A stretch of 64,000 nucleotides of DNA, from assembly GCA_044229975.1 (NCBI GenBank), contig JBGARZ010000005.1, forward strand, positions 64,001 to 128,000, in the 5' to 3' direction. Shown in pieces: positions 9,227 to 18,582 of the stretch. Numbering within the stretch: the stretch's first letter is position 1; the number at the start of each line of letters is the position of its first letter. A model generated the notes under the pieces. It made no database searches and was not told the origin of the DNA. It saw only the letters and a list, made by a program, of their open reading frames with translations. Origin of the DNA: Polyangiales bacterium. GTDB taxonomy: Bacteria; Myxococcota_A; Polyangia; Polyangiales; Ga0077539. A program made the position numbers and the translations under genes.

Positions 9227-9245
9227 GCCTAACATCTCGTTCACC
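9227..9245 (-). other. candidate attI recombination site
   Basis: Minus strand GGTGAAC-GAGAT-GTTAGGC = L site, 5-bp spacer, GTTRRRY; sits at the head of the array with no attC arm. Confidence 0.65.
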
Positions 9246-9279
9246 CCGCGCCCCATTGCCGAATCCCGTCTTTGGCGCT

Positions 9280-9363
9280 GCTCGCCCGCTTGCTACCCAA
9301 CTCCATATCCCCATTCGCGTAGTTCGCCCGCTCGCTGCCCAATTCCATAACCCCATTTCGGCG
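9280..9363. repeat. two degenerate 42-bp direct repeats
   Basis: gctcgcccgcttgctacccaactccatatccccatt / gttcgcccgctcgctgcccaattccataaccccatt. Confidence 0.8.
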
Positions 9364-9889
9364 CTCTTCGCCAGCCTCTCCTCTCCTCCGCCGCGTCGCC
9401 CTCCTCCCGACCCGCGCCGCGACGGCCTCGCCCCGCAGCTCGAATCCACCCGAGTTCGTCACGGCGCTGAGCTCGCGGCCCGGCGTGGCGACGTCGACCT
9501 CCCCCGACGCCCTCCGCACGAAGCTCCCCGGCGCCTCGACCCGCTCACGAGTCCACCCTCCAGCCCGCCGTCCACCACGCCGCCCAGGCCGCAGCCATCG
9601 ACCAGCGCCGCCTGCCATACCCCTGCCACACCCCTTCCCCGCCCCTTCCCCACCTCCAACGCCCCTCGTCATCCCCGACCTGCACCAGCGCCCCTCCCCG
9701 ATGACCCACGGTCATCCCCGCCCCGCATCTCCGCGACCTCCCCATGACCCGCCGTCATCCCCGACCAGCACCCACGCTCCCTTCGACCGCGCCGACCCAT
9801 CGGACACCTGCGTTCGCGCTCCCTTCTCATGGCGCTTGCCTATCGCCAGTCCCACCAGAGACAACCGGCGATCAAGGGAGGTTATGTTC

Positions 9890-10780
9890 ATGGGGAAGAA
9901 GAACGTTCCAACCAACGCTCCGGGTCATGCAGCGGGCGGCGACGGCGCGCCCCCGGTCGGCGACGCGCAGGCCGCGTACGAGTCGCGCAAGGCCGCGTGG
10001 AAGGCCCTCGGCGGCGTCGAGCTCGGTCCGCCGCGCGTCAACCTCGGCTTCGTCACGGCGCGGGTGCTCCAGATCGGCCGCGCGCTCGCGGAGCCCGGCA
10101 CGCTCGCATCCTTCGACGCGCTCGCCGCCGTGCCGCTGGCCGACGCATCCCCCTACGACGCAGGCGCCGTGCGCCGGCTCCCGGTCATCGCCCTGGCCCT
10201 GTGGCACGCGCGCTACTGCTACCTCACGGCCTCGGCGCAGGCGACGACCGTCGCGCTCCCGCCCGAGACCGTCGCGGCCGCCACGAAGCTACGCGAGGTG
10301 ATGCTCCGCGTCGTGGCCTACCACTGCGTCGACGCCAACAACCCCGACGACAAGGTCGCCGCCGACCTCGACTCCATCCGCGCGGTCGAGGGCCCTCGCT
10401 ATCTCGACCTCGCCACCGACCTCTCGCGCCTCGCGGCCTACTACCGCGACCCTCGCTGGCTCCCGGTGTTCACCACCGATACGCGGCACTTCCGCGCGTC
10501 CGACGGCGAGGCCGCCGAGAAGGCCGCGGCCGACATCCTCGCGCGGCTGCACCAGCGCACCGACGAGGCAGCGACGTGGCTCGTCGAGCTCTACCGCGGC
10601 TGGGCCGACCTCCAGCGCACCTACGACGTCGTGCGGCGCGGGGCGAGCTTCGTGTTCTGGGGCGACGAGGCGAAGGTGCCGCCGCTCGGGTCGCTCCGAC
10701 CGGCGGCGCGCAAGGCGACCAGGGCCGGGGAGACGGAAGAAGACGAAGACCCGATCACCCCTCCCCCGCCGACGACGTGA
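9890..10780 (+). CDS. hypothetical helical protein divergent from the cassette array
   Basis: GGAGG RBS, ATG, host-like codon usage; no tyrosine recombinase motifs. Confidence 0.8.
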   Translation: MGKKNVPTNAPGHAAGGDGAPPVGDAQAAYESRKAAWKALGGVELGPPRVNLGFVTARVLQIGRALAEPGTLASFDALAAVPLADASPYDAGAVRRLPVIALALWHARYCYLTASAQATTVALPPETVAAATKLREVMLRVVAYHCVDANNPDDKVAADLDSIRAVEGPRYLDLATDLSRLAAYYRDPRWLPVFTTDTRHFRASDGEAAEKAAADILARLHQRTDEAATWLVELYRGWADLQRTYDVVRRGASFVFWGDEAKVPPLGSLRPAARKATRAGETEEDEDPITPPPPTT

Positions 10781-10846
10781 CGTCGTCAGAGCGGCGGCCC
10801 GCTCCCCTCCTTCAAGCGGCCTACGGAGAGTCTGTCCGGTCGTGCC

Positions 10847-13072
10847 TCAGTGCCCGCCCTTGTTCAGCCGCCGCTGCGCCCGGTGGATGAACTCCGGCGC
10901 CCACCAGTTCCACTCGCCCAGCAGGCGCATCGTCGCGGGCACCACCAGCACGCGCACCACCGTCGCATCCAGCGTCACCGCGATGGCCATGCCCACGCCC
11001 ATCGCCTTCAGCAGAATCACGTCCGCCATCGCAAACGCCGAAAACACCGCCACCATGATCGCCGCCGCGCTCGTCACCAGGCGCCCCGATCGCTCCAACC
11101 CCTCGGCCACCGCGCGTGTGTTGTCGCCGTGCAGCGCGTGCTCCTCCTGCATGCGCGTGAGCATCAGCACCTCGTAGTCCATCGACAGCCCGAAGGTCGC
11201 GCAGAACATCACGATCGGCAGCGACGGATCGATCGGCCCCGGCGTGAACTTCAGCACCCGCTGGAAGTGCCCCTGCTGGAAGATCCAGACGAGCGCGCCA
11301 AACGACCCGGTGATGGACAGCAGGTTCATCAGCACGGCCTTGATGGGCAGCGCCACGCTCCCGAGCAGCAGCAGCAGCACCAGCATCGTCATGGCCACCA
11401 CGAAGCCGATGGCAGGACCCACCCGCGCGAGCAGGTAGGTGCCGGTGTCGAGGTCCATCGCCGTCTGACCGGTGACCAGCAGCGTGCCGTCGGCCACGCG
11501 CTTCTGCGTCCGCACCGCCCGCACCATCGCACGCGCTCCGTCGGAGGCGGGCGCGAGGTCGGTCACCGCCGCGAGCACCACGACGTGAGCGCCCACCGTG
11601 TCGCGCAGCAGGAGGTGATGGGCCTCGGTGTGCTGCGACGGGTCGAGGATGAGGTCGGCCAGCGCGTCGGGCTCCAGCGAGGGGTCGAGGTCGACGATGC
11701 TCTCCACCCGATCGACGCCCGGAATGGCCGCCACGCGCGTGCTCAACGCCCGCAGCGCGAGCACCCGGTCTCGTCGTGAGAGAGGCGCGTCGGGGAAGCG
11801 CGCGACCATCACCACGCGCGTCTGGGCGCGCTCGGCGAAGTGCTCGGCCATGAGCGCGTTGCCGCGGCGGGTCTCGGTGCGCGCGGGGAGAACGTTCATG
11901 TCGGGGATGGCGACCTTCAACGACAGGAAGGGGATGCCGAGCACCACCAGCAGCGTGAGCGTCGGCGCGAGCACCCACAGCGGGCGGGCCATCACCCAGG
12001 TGGCGAGCTTGTGCCAGAAGCCGTCGCCGCGCGTTGCTCCCAGCGACCCGATGCGCCAGCGGTTGACGTTGGGCCCCAGCACCGCGAGCAGCGCCGGCAG
12101 GAAGGTCAGCGCGTAGAGGACCGCGAAGGCGACGACGAGGGTTCCGCCTGCGCCGAGCGAGGCGAGGTACGACCCGCGGAAGAAGAAGAGCCCCGACAGC
12201 CCGATGAACACCGCGACGCCCGAGAAGGTCACCGCGCGCCCGGCCGTTCGCACGGTGTGCGCGACGGCGTCCTCGACGGACGCACCCTCCGCGAGCTCTT
12301 CGCGGAAGCGATTGACCATGAAGAGCGAGTAGTCGATGGCGACCCCGAGCCCGACCAGCGACACGATGTTGATCGCGTACTGGGCCATCTCCATGCGCCG
12401 CGAGAGCAGCATCACCCCGGCGATGCCCGCCGCCACCGCGAGCCCGCCAATTCCCGCCGGTAGCATGGCGGCCACCACCGACCCGAACACCGCCAGCAAC
12501 ACCAGCAGCGTGAGCGGCGCGGAGAGCAGCTCGGCGCTCTGGAGGTCGTGTTCGAGCACCGCGTCGAGGTCGGCGCGGAAGGCACCGACCCCCGTGACCG
12601 TGACCGTGAGCGGACCGCCCACGATGCGCCGCCGCAGCGCGGGATAGCCGCGCGTGTCGAGGGTGGCTTCGTGGTGCAGCGCCACCGTCGCGATGGCGTG
12701 GTGCGAGTCGAGCGACTGCATCGTCGACGCTTCGGGCGGAGAGACGTCCTCGTCGAAGGGCGTCCGCACGCGGAGCACGGAGCGGTCGCGGCGCAGCGGC
12801 TCCATCGCGTGGCGCACGGCGTCCTGGAAGCGCGGCTCGTCGGTGGTCCACTCGGGGTGGGCGAAGATGACGGTGAGCCCGGAGGCGCCGGCCTGCGGCA
12901 GCTCGCGCTCGACGAGCTCCATGGCGACATCGGCCTCGATGCCGTGGATGCGCCCCGTGGTCAGCCGCCCGCCCTGCGCCAGCGCCGCCAGCGACGCAAA
13001 CAGGAACACCACGCTGACCATCAGCACCGCCTTCCGGTGCCTGAACACCCAGCGGCCCCACTTCTCGAACAT
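10847..13072 (-). CDS. MMPL family (RND superfamily) transporter
   Basis: GLGVAIDYSLF..RFREE, FGLSMDYEV, DATVVR..LVPA, WNWWAP. Confidence 0.92.
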   Translation of the reverse strand: MFEKWGRWVFRHRKAVLMVSVVFLFASLAALAQGGRLTTGRIHGIEADVAMELVERELPQAGASGLTVIFAHPEWTTDEPRFQDAVRHAMEPLRRDRSVLRVRTPFDEDVSPPEASTMQSLDSHHAIATVALHHEATLDTRGYPALRRRIVGGPLTVTVTGVGAFRADLDAVLEHDLQSAELLSAPLTLLVLLAVFGSVVAAMLPAGIGGLAVAAGIAGVMLLSRRMEMAQYAINIVSLVGLGVAIDYSLFMVNRFREELAEGASVEDAVAHTVRTAGRAVTFSGVAVFIGLSGLFFFRGSYLASLGAGGTLVVAFAVLYALTFLPALLAVLGPNVNRWRIGSLGATRGDGFWHKLATWVMARPLWVLAPTLTLLVVLGIPFLSLKVAIPDMNVLPARTETRRGNALMAEHFAERAQTRVVMVARFPDAPLSRRDRVLALRALSTRVAAIPGVDRVESIVDLDPSLEPDALADLILDPSQHTEAHHLLLRDTVGAHVVVLAAVTDLAPASDGARAMVRAVRTQKRVADGTLLVTGQTAMDLDTGTYLLARVGPAIGFVVAMTMLVLLLLLGSVALPIKAVLMNLLSITGSFGALVWIFQQGHFQRVLKFTPGPIDPSLPIVMFCATFGLSMDYEVLMLTRMQEEHALHGDNTRAVAEGLERSGRLVTSAAAIMVAVFSAFAMADVILLKAMGVGMAIAVTLDATVVRVLVVPATMRLLGEWNWWAPEFIHRAQRRLNKGGH

Positions 13073-13090
13073 CCTAGACCTCTGCTCCTC

Positions 13091-13876
13091 TCATCGCGTG
13101 AGAGCGCGCGCTGCGGAGGCGATCAACATCGCCGCGGCCAGCATCGTCGCCCGGCGATCTGCCACCGGAACCTCGCGCGCCTTGGGCTGAGTTGCCAGCA
13201 CCATCAGCCCGATCGTCGGCAGCGCCGGGACCGCTCTCTCCAGCCACAGGGCGATGGCGCCCGCCGCAAAAAGCCCCACTCCGGTTGCCAGCGCCATGCG
13301 TCCGCGCGGCATGCCGAAGCGCGCCGCCGCCGCGAGGTACAGCGCGATGAACACCGCGTCACCGACCCCGATCGCGGGCCTCGGCTCGCGCAGCGGCGGG
13401 ATCGACACGCTCACGGTGAGCAGCCGCACCATGGCGGGCGACCGCACGATGTGCCGCGTCGGACCCGACGGCGACGTCACGCTCCAGAGGTCGACGGCGG
13501 CGGAGACGAGGGCGACGGCGGTGAGGTGACCGGGCGCCTCCATGCGCGACCCGATGGCGCCGCCGAGCACGCACGCGACGGCGAGGAGTCCGAGCGACCC
13601 GGCGAGGCCCGACACGACGGGCGGGAGGCGCAGCGCGAGCGCGACGAGGGCGAGGCCGACGAGCACGGTGACGGCGACGACGCGACCGGAGAGGGCGCGC
13701 GACGGCGCGGCGAAGAGGCCACCGGCGATGGAGATGGCGACGGCTGTGAGGGCGACGAGCGCGGCCGCGACGGGGCCGACGTGGACGGACGGAGCGACGG
13801 CGGCCATGAGGGCGAGCGGGGCGAGCGCGACGACGGCGGGGCGCAGGACGTCGAGGGCGATCGGGCGAAGGGCCAT
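13091..13876 (-). CDS. multi-TM protein, putative GxGD intramembrane aspartyl protease (presenilin/SPP-like)
   Basis: VDLWSV, IGVGD and VPALP motifs in the expected order within hydrophobic helices. Confidence 0.6.
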   Translation of the reverse strand: MALRPIALDVLRPAVVALAPLALMAAVAPSVHVGPVAAALVALTAVAISIAGGLFAAPSRALSGRVVAVTVLVGLALVALALRLPPVVSGLAGSLGLLAVACVLGGAIGSRMEAPGHLTAVALVSAAVDLWSVTSPSGPTRHIVRSPAMVRLLTVSVSIPPLREPRPAIGVGDAVFIALYLAAAARFGMPRGRMALATGVGLFAAGAIALWLERAVPALPTIGLMVLATQPKAREVPVADRRATMLAAAMLIASAARALTR

Positions 13877-13917
13877 CGGTGTGCGCGGAGGATAGTCAAT
13901 CGGTGGGGTGTTGCGGC

Positions 13918-14670
13918 ATGTTCGGCGCGTTGCGACGACGAGGCCGAGAGCGTGTGTGGGGTTGGGTGCTGGCTGCTCTGTGCGTGGGCGGGTGCCGCGC
14001 GCCCTCCGCGCGACGGGTGAGCCGCGCCGCGGAGGTGAGCGCCGCGGGGTTGTACTGGGGGCGGTGGGCGGAGGTTCCGGAGGGGATGCGGGTGGCGGTG
14101 TGGCTGCACGAGGACGGCGACGTGCTGCGCGGGAGCTGGGATCTGGTCCCGTGGCACGGCGAGGTGGCGCTGCGGCGTACGGCGACGGGCTACGAAGGGA
14201 GCTGGCGCGAGGAGGGCACCATCGCCATCCAGCAGGGGCGCGAGCGGCGGGTGCGGTTGCTCCGTGATGGGCGCGACGGGTCGCTGCGCGAAGAGGGCGC
14301 GCCGGCCGGTGAGCCCGTGGTGTTGCAGCGCGCGGGGCGGCCGACGTCGGCGCTGCGCGAGGGGCTGTGGCTGGGGCGCTGGACGGGCCTGCCGACGGGG
14401 GTCGCGGTGGAGACGCTGCTGACGCCGCTGGGCGACGGGCGATGGCGCGCGACGTACCGCTACCAGGAGCGCGAAGGCACCTTCGACGGCGACGCGTTGC
14501 CGGGCGGCGGAATGACCATCCGCTGGCGCGAGGTGTCGCCGCGCGATCAGATGGCGCGCGGTCGGGGGCAGTTGTTGCCCGATGTGTTGGGCCTGCGCGG
14601 AACCTACGGCGTGGACGAGCAGTCGACCGGAACGGGGTTCTGGGCGCTGGAGGCGTGGAGGCTGCCGTGA
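13918..14670 (+). CDS. hypothetical lipoprotein
   Basis: Hydrophobic N-terminus ending VGGC; beta-rich duplicated domain. Confidence 0.6.
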   Translation: MFGALRRRGRERVWGWVLAALCVGGCRAPSARRVSRAAEVSAAGLYWGRWAEVPEGMRVAVWLHEDGDVLRGSWDLVPWHGEVALRRTATGYEGSWREEGTIAIQQGRERRVRLLRDGRDGSLREEGAPAGEPVVLQRAGRPTSALREGLWLGRWTGLPTGVAVETLLTPLGDGRWRATYRYQEREGTFDGDALPGGGMTIRWREVSPRDQMARGRGQLLPDVLGLRGTYGVDEQSTGTGFWALEAWRLP

Positions 14671-14969
14671 GCGACGGGACGGCGCGGAGGCTGCGGGCCT
14701 TGGTGGAGGGCGACGCGCTCGCGGTAGCGGAGGCGCTGCACGCCGACGTGGTGTTCGTGCAGGGCGACGGCACGACGCACTGCGGGGCCGAGGCGGTGCT
14801 CGCGGTGTTTGCGGGTGGGGACGGCGGCGTGCGCTACGCGGTGGTCGCCGCGACGCACGGAGCGGTGGAGGTCGAGCTGACGGTGGAGGGACTCGCTGGT
14901 GCGGTGCGCTTCACACTGCGCGGCGAGAGCGAAGGCGAGCGGCTGGTGCGGGTGATGGTCGAGGCGTGA
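14667..14969 (+). CDS. small NTF2/SnoaL-like hypothetical protein
   Basis: GTGA coupling; GDALAVAEALHADVVF...HCGAEAV pattern. Confidence 0.5.
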   Translation: MSDGTARRLRALVEGDALAVAEALHADVVFVQGDGTTHCGAEAVLAVFAGGDGGVRYAVVAATHGAVEVELTVEGLAGAVRFTLRGESEGERLVRVMVEA

Positions 14970-14997
14970 GGGGCCAGCGACCGTGACGGGGCGGGGT

Positions 14998-15261
14998 TCA
15001 GCCCCCGTTGGCGACGCGCGCGAGCGGCATCACCGGGGCGGCGGGCGCGACCCCTTCCTCGTCGGCGCGCGTGACGGAGAGCACCTTCATGTCCGGGTGC
15101 TGCGTCACGGCATCGCGCGCGGCCTGCGCGGCGGTGCGGGTCTCGATGAACACCGATACGGTGGACGCCTCGCGCTCGCGCAGCGGACGCATGCTCACCT
15201 CGAAACGATGACTCCAGATTCCTGCCAAGACTCTGACCTCCCGTACGGGCCAAGACTGCAC
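14998..15261 (-). CDS. small hypothetical protein (start uncertain)
   Basis: GC3-biased ORF convergent with upstream operon. Confidence 0.4.
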   Translation of the reverse strand: MQSWPVREVRVLAGIWSHRFEVSMRPLREREASTVSVFIETRTAAQAARDAVTQHPDMKVLSVTRADEEGVAPAAPVMPLARVANGG

Positions 15262-15666
15262 GAACGATGAGGCGAGCGGAAGTGCTCGTTGTGATCATTC
15301 CGTGTCACGACCTCGGCCATGGCCGCATTGGGCAGCAGGTGAAGAACCGCAATGGGAAAAAGGCGGTGACCCTGTGGAGGATCACCGCCCTTTGAAAAGA
15401 TGTCCGTACCGCGCAGACCGTGGGAGCGTACAGAACCCCTTGGACACGCCAAGGTGGGAGCCGGGTATCGCGACTTAAGGCTTCCCGGTGAAAGATCCGG
15501 GCCTGCACACCGCCACGAGGTTTAGCTCCCGGGTTCGTGAAAAAAGAGGGATTTTGTACGCGACCTTCACCTGTCCGCGCAGAGGGACGATCGCTACCGT
15601 GAGCCTTCGCGCCGCGCACTTCAAGGCTGCCGAAAAAAGATTCTTCGGCGTACTCTTCGCCGCGCG

Positions 15667-16704
15667 CTACGGGGTCGGCGCGGGCGTCACGACGGGTGTC
15701 GCCGGAGGCGGTGGCGTGGGGCCCGACCACTCTCGCGCGCGAGCGGTGCTGAGCTCGTTCTCACGATCGCTCACCATCCACTCGACCTCCGACTGAACGT
15801 CCTGATCGGTGGGCGGCCAGTGCCCGTACCGCGGCGCTTCACCGGGCCCCGAGTAGTCCGTCCAGAAGGCTCCGCCCTCCTGCGCGTCGCGCGTGTCGAG
15901 GTGCACGAACACGCTGTTGGGGTAGTACCCGACGCCCGCGTCGGGGAGCGTTCGCGCGTAGTCCCGCACGTCCTCGTGGCGCACGCCGCGCAGTCGCAGA
16001 TCGAGGGCGCGCGCGTGGGCGTGGCGGCTGTGCCCCTCGCCCGGTCGGTAGCCCGACACGATCTCCGCGGTGCGCCCCGGGAAGCGATCGAAGAGCCCCT
16101 GCATCAGTTGGATGACCCGCGGGTGCAGCACGCGCGCGTTGCGGGTGAGCATGATGACCGGGTCGTGCGTGAGGCGGTCGCGCTCGATGGTGGGAGCGGG
16201 CGTTCGTGCGCGGACGCGGGTGCGCGGTCGGGGCGCGGCGTCGTCGGCGAGCGCGAGGCCCGCGGCGGGAGCAACGCGTCGGAGGTCGCGCATGGCGGCC
16301 TCGACATCGAACTCGGTGAAGCGACCGGGCTGCGCGAGGAGCGAGACCGCGGCGAGGGCGGCGAGCGTGGGGCGACCGGTGCAGTCGGTGAGCGAGCCCG
16401 TCCAGGTGGGCATCTCGCCGTTGCGGAGGCGGCGCACAGTGACCACCGGGCGCAGGCACAGGCGGGCGTTGCGCGCGTCGCGGGCGACGGTCTCGGCGGG
16501 GGTGGCCGGGGCGCTGCGTCGCGCGCGAATCTCCACGCGGGGGACGATGACCTCATCGATGGCGCTCTGCGTGGCGGCGAGCGCGAGGCGGCCCGGCGGG
16601 CTCGGTCGCGCGGGCGCCGTCGCGGGTCGCGGCTGGGCGCCGACCACGGCGGGAGCGCAGAGCCCGAGGGCCACGAGCGCGCATCGGAGGATGTGGCGGT
16701 GCAT
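15667..16704 (-). CDS. DUF882/YcbK-like peptidase M15 family protein
   Basis: Signal peptide; IVSGYR, SRHAHARALD, GVGYYPNSVFVHLD. Confidence 0.85.
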   Translation of the reverse strand: MHRHILRCALVALGLCAPAVVGAQPRPATAPARPSPPGRLALAATQSAIDEVIVPRVEIRARRSAPATPAETVARDARNARLCLRPVVTVRRLRNGEMPTWTGSLTDCTGRPTLAALAAVSLLAQPGRFTEFDVEAAMRDLRRVAPAAGLALADDAAPRPRTRVRARTPAPTIERDRLTHDPVIMLTRNARVLHPRVIQLMQGLFDRFPGRTAEIVSGYRPGEGHSRHAHARALDLRLRGVRHEDVRDYARTLPDAGVGYYPNSVFVHLDTRDAQEGGAFWTDYSGPGEAPRYGHWPPTDQDVQSEVEWMVSDRENELSTARAREWSGPTPPPPATPVVTPAPTP

Positions 16705-16809
16705 GGCCCGACCGGTGGCAGATAACGCCGACCGCGGGCAACTAACTGACGATGGGAGGGTAGAGAGGCGGAGGAGGGAGCGAGCGGAGGGGAGAGGCGA
16801 GGCGAGCGA

Positions 16810-17151
16810 TCAGTGACCGCCGACCTTGCCCTGGAGGAAGTACGCGATGAGGAGGGCGTACAGCACCAGCGACTCGATGAGCGCGAGGCCGAGAATCATC
16901 GGGGTGCGGATCTTGGCGTCGGCGCCGGGGTTGCGGGCGATGCCTTCGAGGGCGGCCGCGGCGACCTTGCCCTGACCGAGCGCGCCGCCGAGGGCGCCGA
17001 GGCCGATGGCGATGCCGGCGCCGAGCGCGGCGGCCATCTGGGCGTCGAAGGTGTTGGCGCCGGGGGCGGCGGCGGCGCCGTCCTGGGCGAAGGCGGCGAG
17101 GGTGTAGAAGGTGACGAGCAGGGCGCTCGTGAGGGCGGTGATCTTCTTCAT
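16810..17151 (-). CDS. atpE: ATP synthase F0 subunit c
   Basis: [28 protein letters not shown]. Confidence 0.95.
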   Translation of the reverse strand: MKKITALTSALLVTFYTLAAFAQDGAAAAPGANTFDAQMAAALGAGIAIGLGALGGALGQGKVAAAALEGIARNPGADAKIRTPMILGLALIESLVLYALLIAYFLQGKVGGH

Positions 17152-17227
17152 GTGACGGTCTCCTTCGGTTCGAACAGTTGGTGCCCCAACAGCGGGGCGG
17201 TGGAACAGTCTTGGTGGGGCGCCGACC

Positions 17228-18130
17228 TCAGTGGCCGTGCGCCGTTTCGACGGCGTGCCCATGCGCCGCGTGGGCGTCGCCATGGTCGTCGCTGTGCTCG
17301 ATGGCGAGCTGGAAGTAGATGGTCGAGAGCAGGCAGAACACGTAGGTCTGGAGCACCACCACCAGCACGCCCAGCACCATGATCGGCACCGGCACGAGCA
17401 GGAACGCGAGGCCCGTGAACACCGCCACCACCATGTGGTCGACGAAGAGGTTCACGGCGAGGCGGATGGCGAGCGACACCGGGCGCACGAGGTGCGAGAT
17501 GATCTCCAGCGGGAGCATCAGCGGCGCGAGCGCGGGCATCGGGCCGATGAAGTGCTTGAGGTACGCGGCGCCCTGGTGCTTGAGACCGTAGAAGTGCGTC
17601 GCGAAGAAGATCACCAGGCCACACGCGAGGGTGACGTTGAAGTTGCTGGTGGCCGGCGCGAAGCCCGGGATGAGTCCGAGGGCGTTGGAGAAGAAGATCA
17701 GCAGCGCGCAGGTGCCGATGATCGGGAGGAAGTGACGCGCCTCCTTCTTGCCGAGCACGTCGGCGAGGAGGTCATAGAAGGTCTCGACGAAGTTCTCGGT
17801 GAACGACGCGACCGTGAGGTTGCCCTCGGGCACCACGGCTTCGGAGGTCTTCGCGAGGCGGCCGCGGGTGATCATCACGAAGGCCGCGATGAGCAGCACC
17901 ACGAACAGCAGGATGGTCGTGTACTCCAGCGTGACCGGCGTGTTGGCGGGGTAGCTGAAGTGGTTGGGCAGCTCCTGCGCGGGGGTGCCGCCGGGGCACA
18001 TCCCACCGGCTTCCATCGCGATCTGGGCACCGTTGGCGTCGACGCAACCGTAGTGGTTGAACATCGCCCAAAGCGCCCGGAAGTTCGGGAGCGCCAGGAG
18101 GTACGTGAACCATGACGTGTGGTCGGGCAT
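17228..18130 (-). CDS. atpB: ATP synthase F0 subunit a
   Basis: [36 protein letters not shown]. Confidence 0.95.
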   Translation of the reverse strand: MPDHTSWFTYLLALPNFRALWAMFNHYGCVDANGAQIAMEAGGMCPGGTPAQELPNHFSYPANTPVTLEYTTILLFVVLLIAAFVMITRGRLAKTSEAVVPEGNLTVASFTENFVETFYDLLADVLGKKEARHFLPIIGTCALLIFFSNALGLIPGFAPATSNFNVTLACGLVIFFATHFYGLKHQGAAYLKHFIGPMPALAPLMLPLEIISHLVRPVSLAIRLAVNLFVDHMVVAVFTGLAFLLVPVPIMVLGVLVVVLQTYVFCLLSTIYFQLAIEHSDDHGDAHAAHGHAVETAHGH

Positions 18131-18582
18131 CAGCGCTTTCCTTCGTCGGAGTCGGAGGCAATCTCAGGCTTCGGGCTGACGGCGTCCCAGAGCCCGCCAC
18201 CGGCAATGGCCACGACCACCGCGGTGATGCCGGCCATGAAGCTCCCGCCGTGGACCCATGACTGCCGCAGCAGAAGGCCCACACCCACGAACAATGCGGC
18301 GGTCTTCGCCAGGAGCAAGACCATCGCCGTGCCCTTGCCGGCATCGACCCTGGGGTCGAGCAGGCGGGTCACCAGGCGGGCCAGCACCCACAGGTTGAGC
18401 AGGCCCACCACGGTGCCGATGGCCGACGACACGCCGCCCATCACGCCGAACTGCCGCCCCATCAGGTAGACGCTGACCAGGCCCGCGAGCACGGCCACGG
18501 TGCCAACGCGGCGCGCGAGGCCGCTGTCGGACTCGATCGAGTCGACGGACGGAGCGCTGGTCGAGGGGTCGGTGCTGCTCAA
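18130..18582 (-). CDS. atpI: ATP synthase I chain-like membrane protein
   Basis: Four TM helices, LLNLWVL, directly upstream of atpB. Confidence 0.7.
   Translation of the reverse strand: MSSTDPSTSAPSVDSIESDSGLARRVGTVAVLAGLVSVYLMGRQFGVMGGVSSAIGTVVGLLNLWVLARLVTRLLDPRVDAGKGTAMVLLLAKTAALFVGVGLLLRQSWVHGGSFMAGITAVVVAIAGGGLWDAVSPKPEIASDSDEGKR

Larger units (their letters stand above)
4730..9245 (-). mobile_element. integron-type gene cassette array (7 attC-like sites plus candidate attI) lacking an integrase, CALIN-like
   Basis: Seven 91-bp imperfect palindromes bounded by ..AAC / GTT.. core sites, each downstream of a short co-oriented ORF; most cassettes are visibly lower in GC than the flanks. 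Confidence 0.9.

Noticed and set aside
9485..10780. Gene next to the array as an integron integrase
   Set aside because: No tyrosine recombinase catalytic motifs; the N-terminal extension before 9890 is low-complexity and probably non-coding
16745..16810. Purine-rich tract after atpE as a terminator or G-quadruplex
   Set aside because: No clear stem-loop with U-tract; G-runs are irregular
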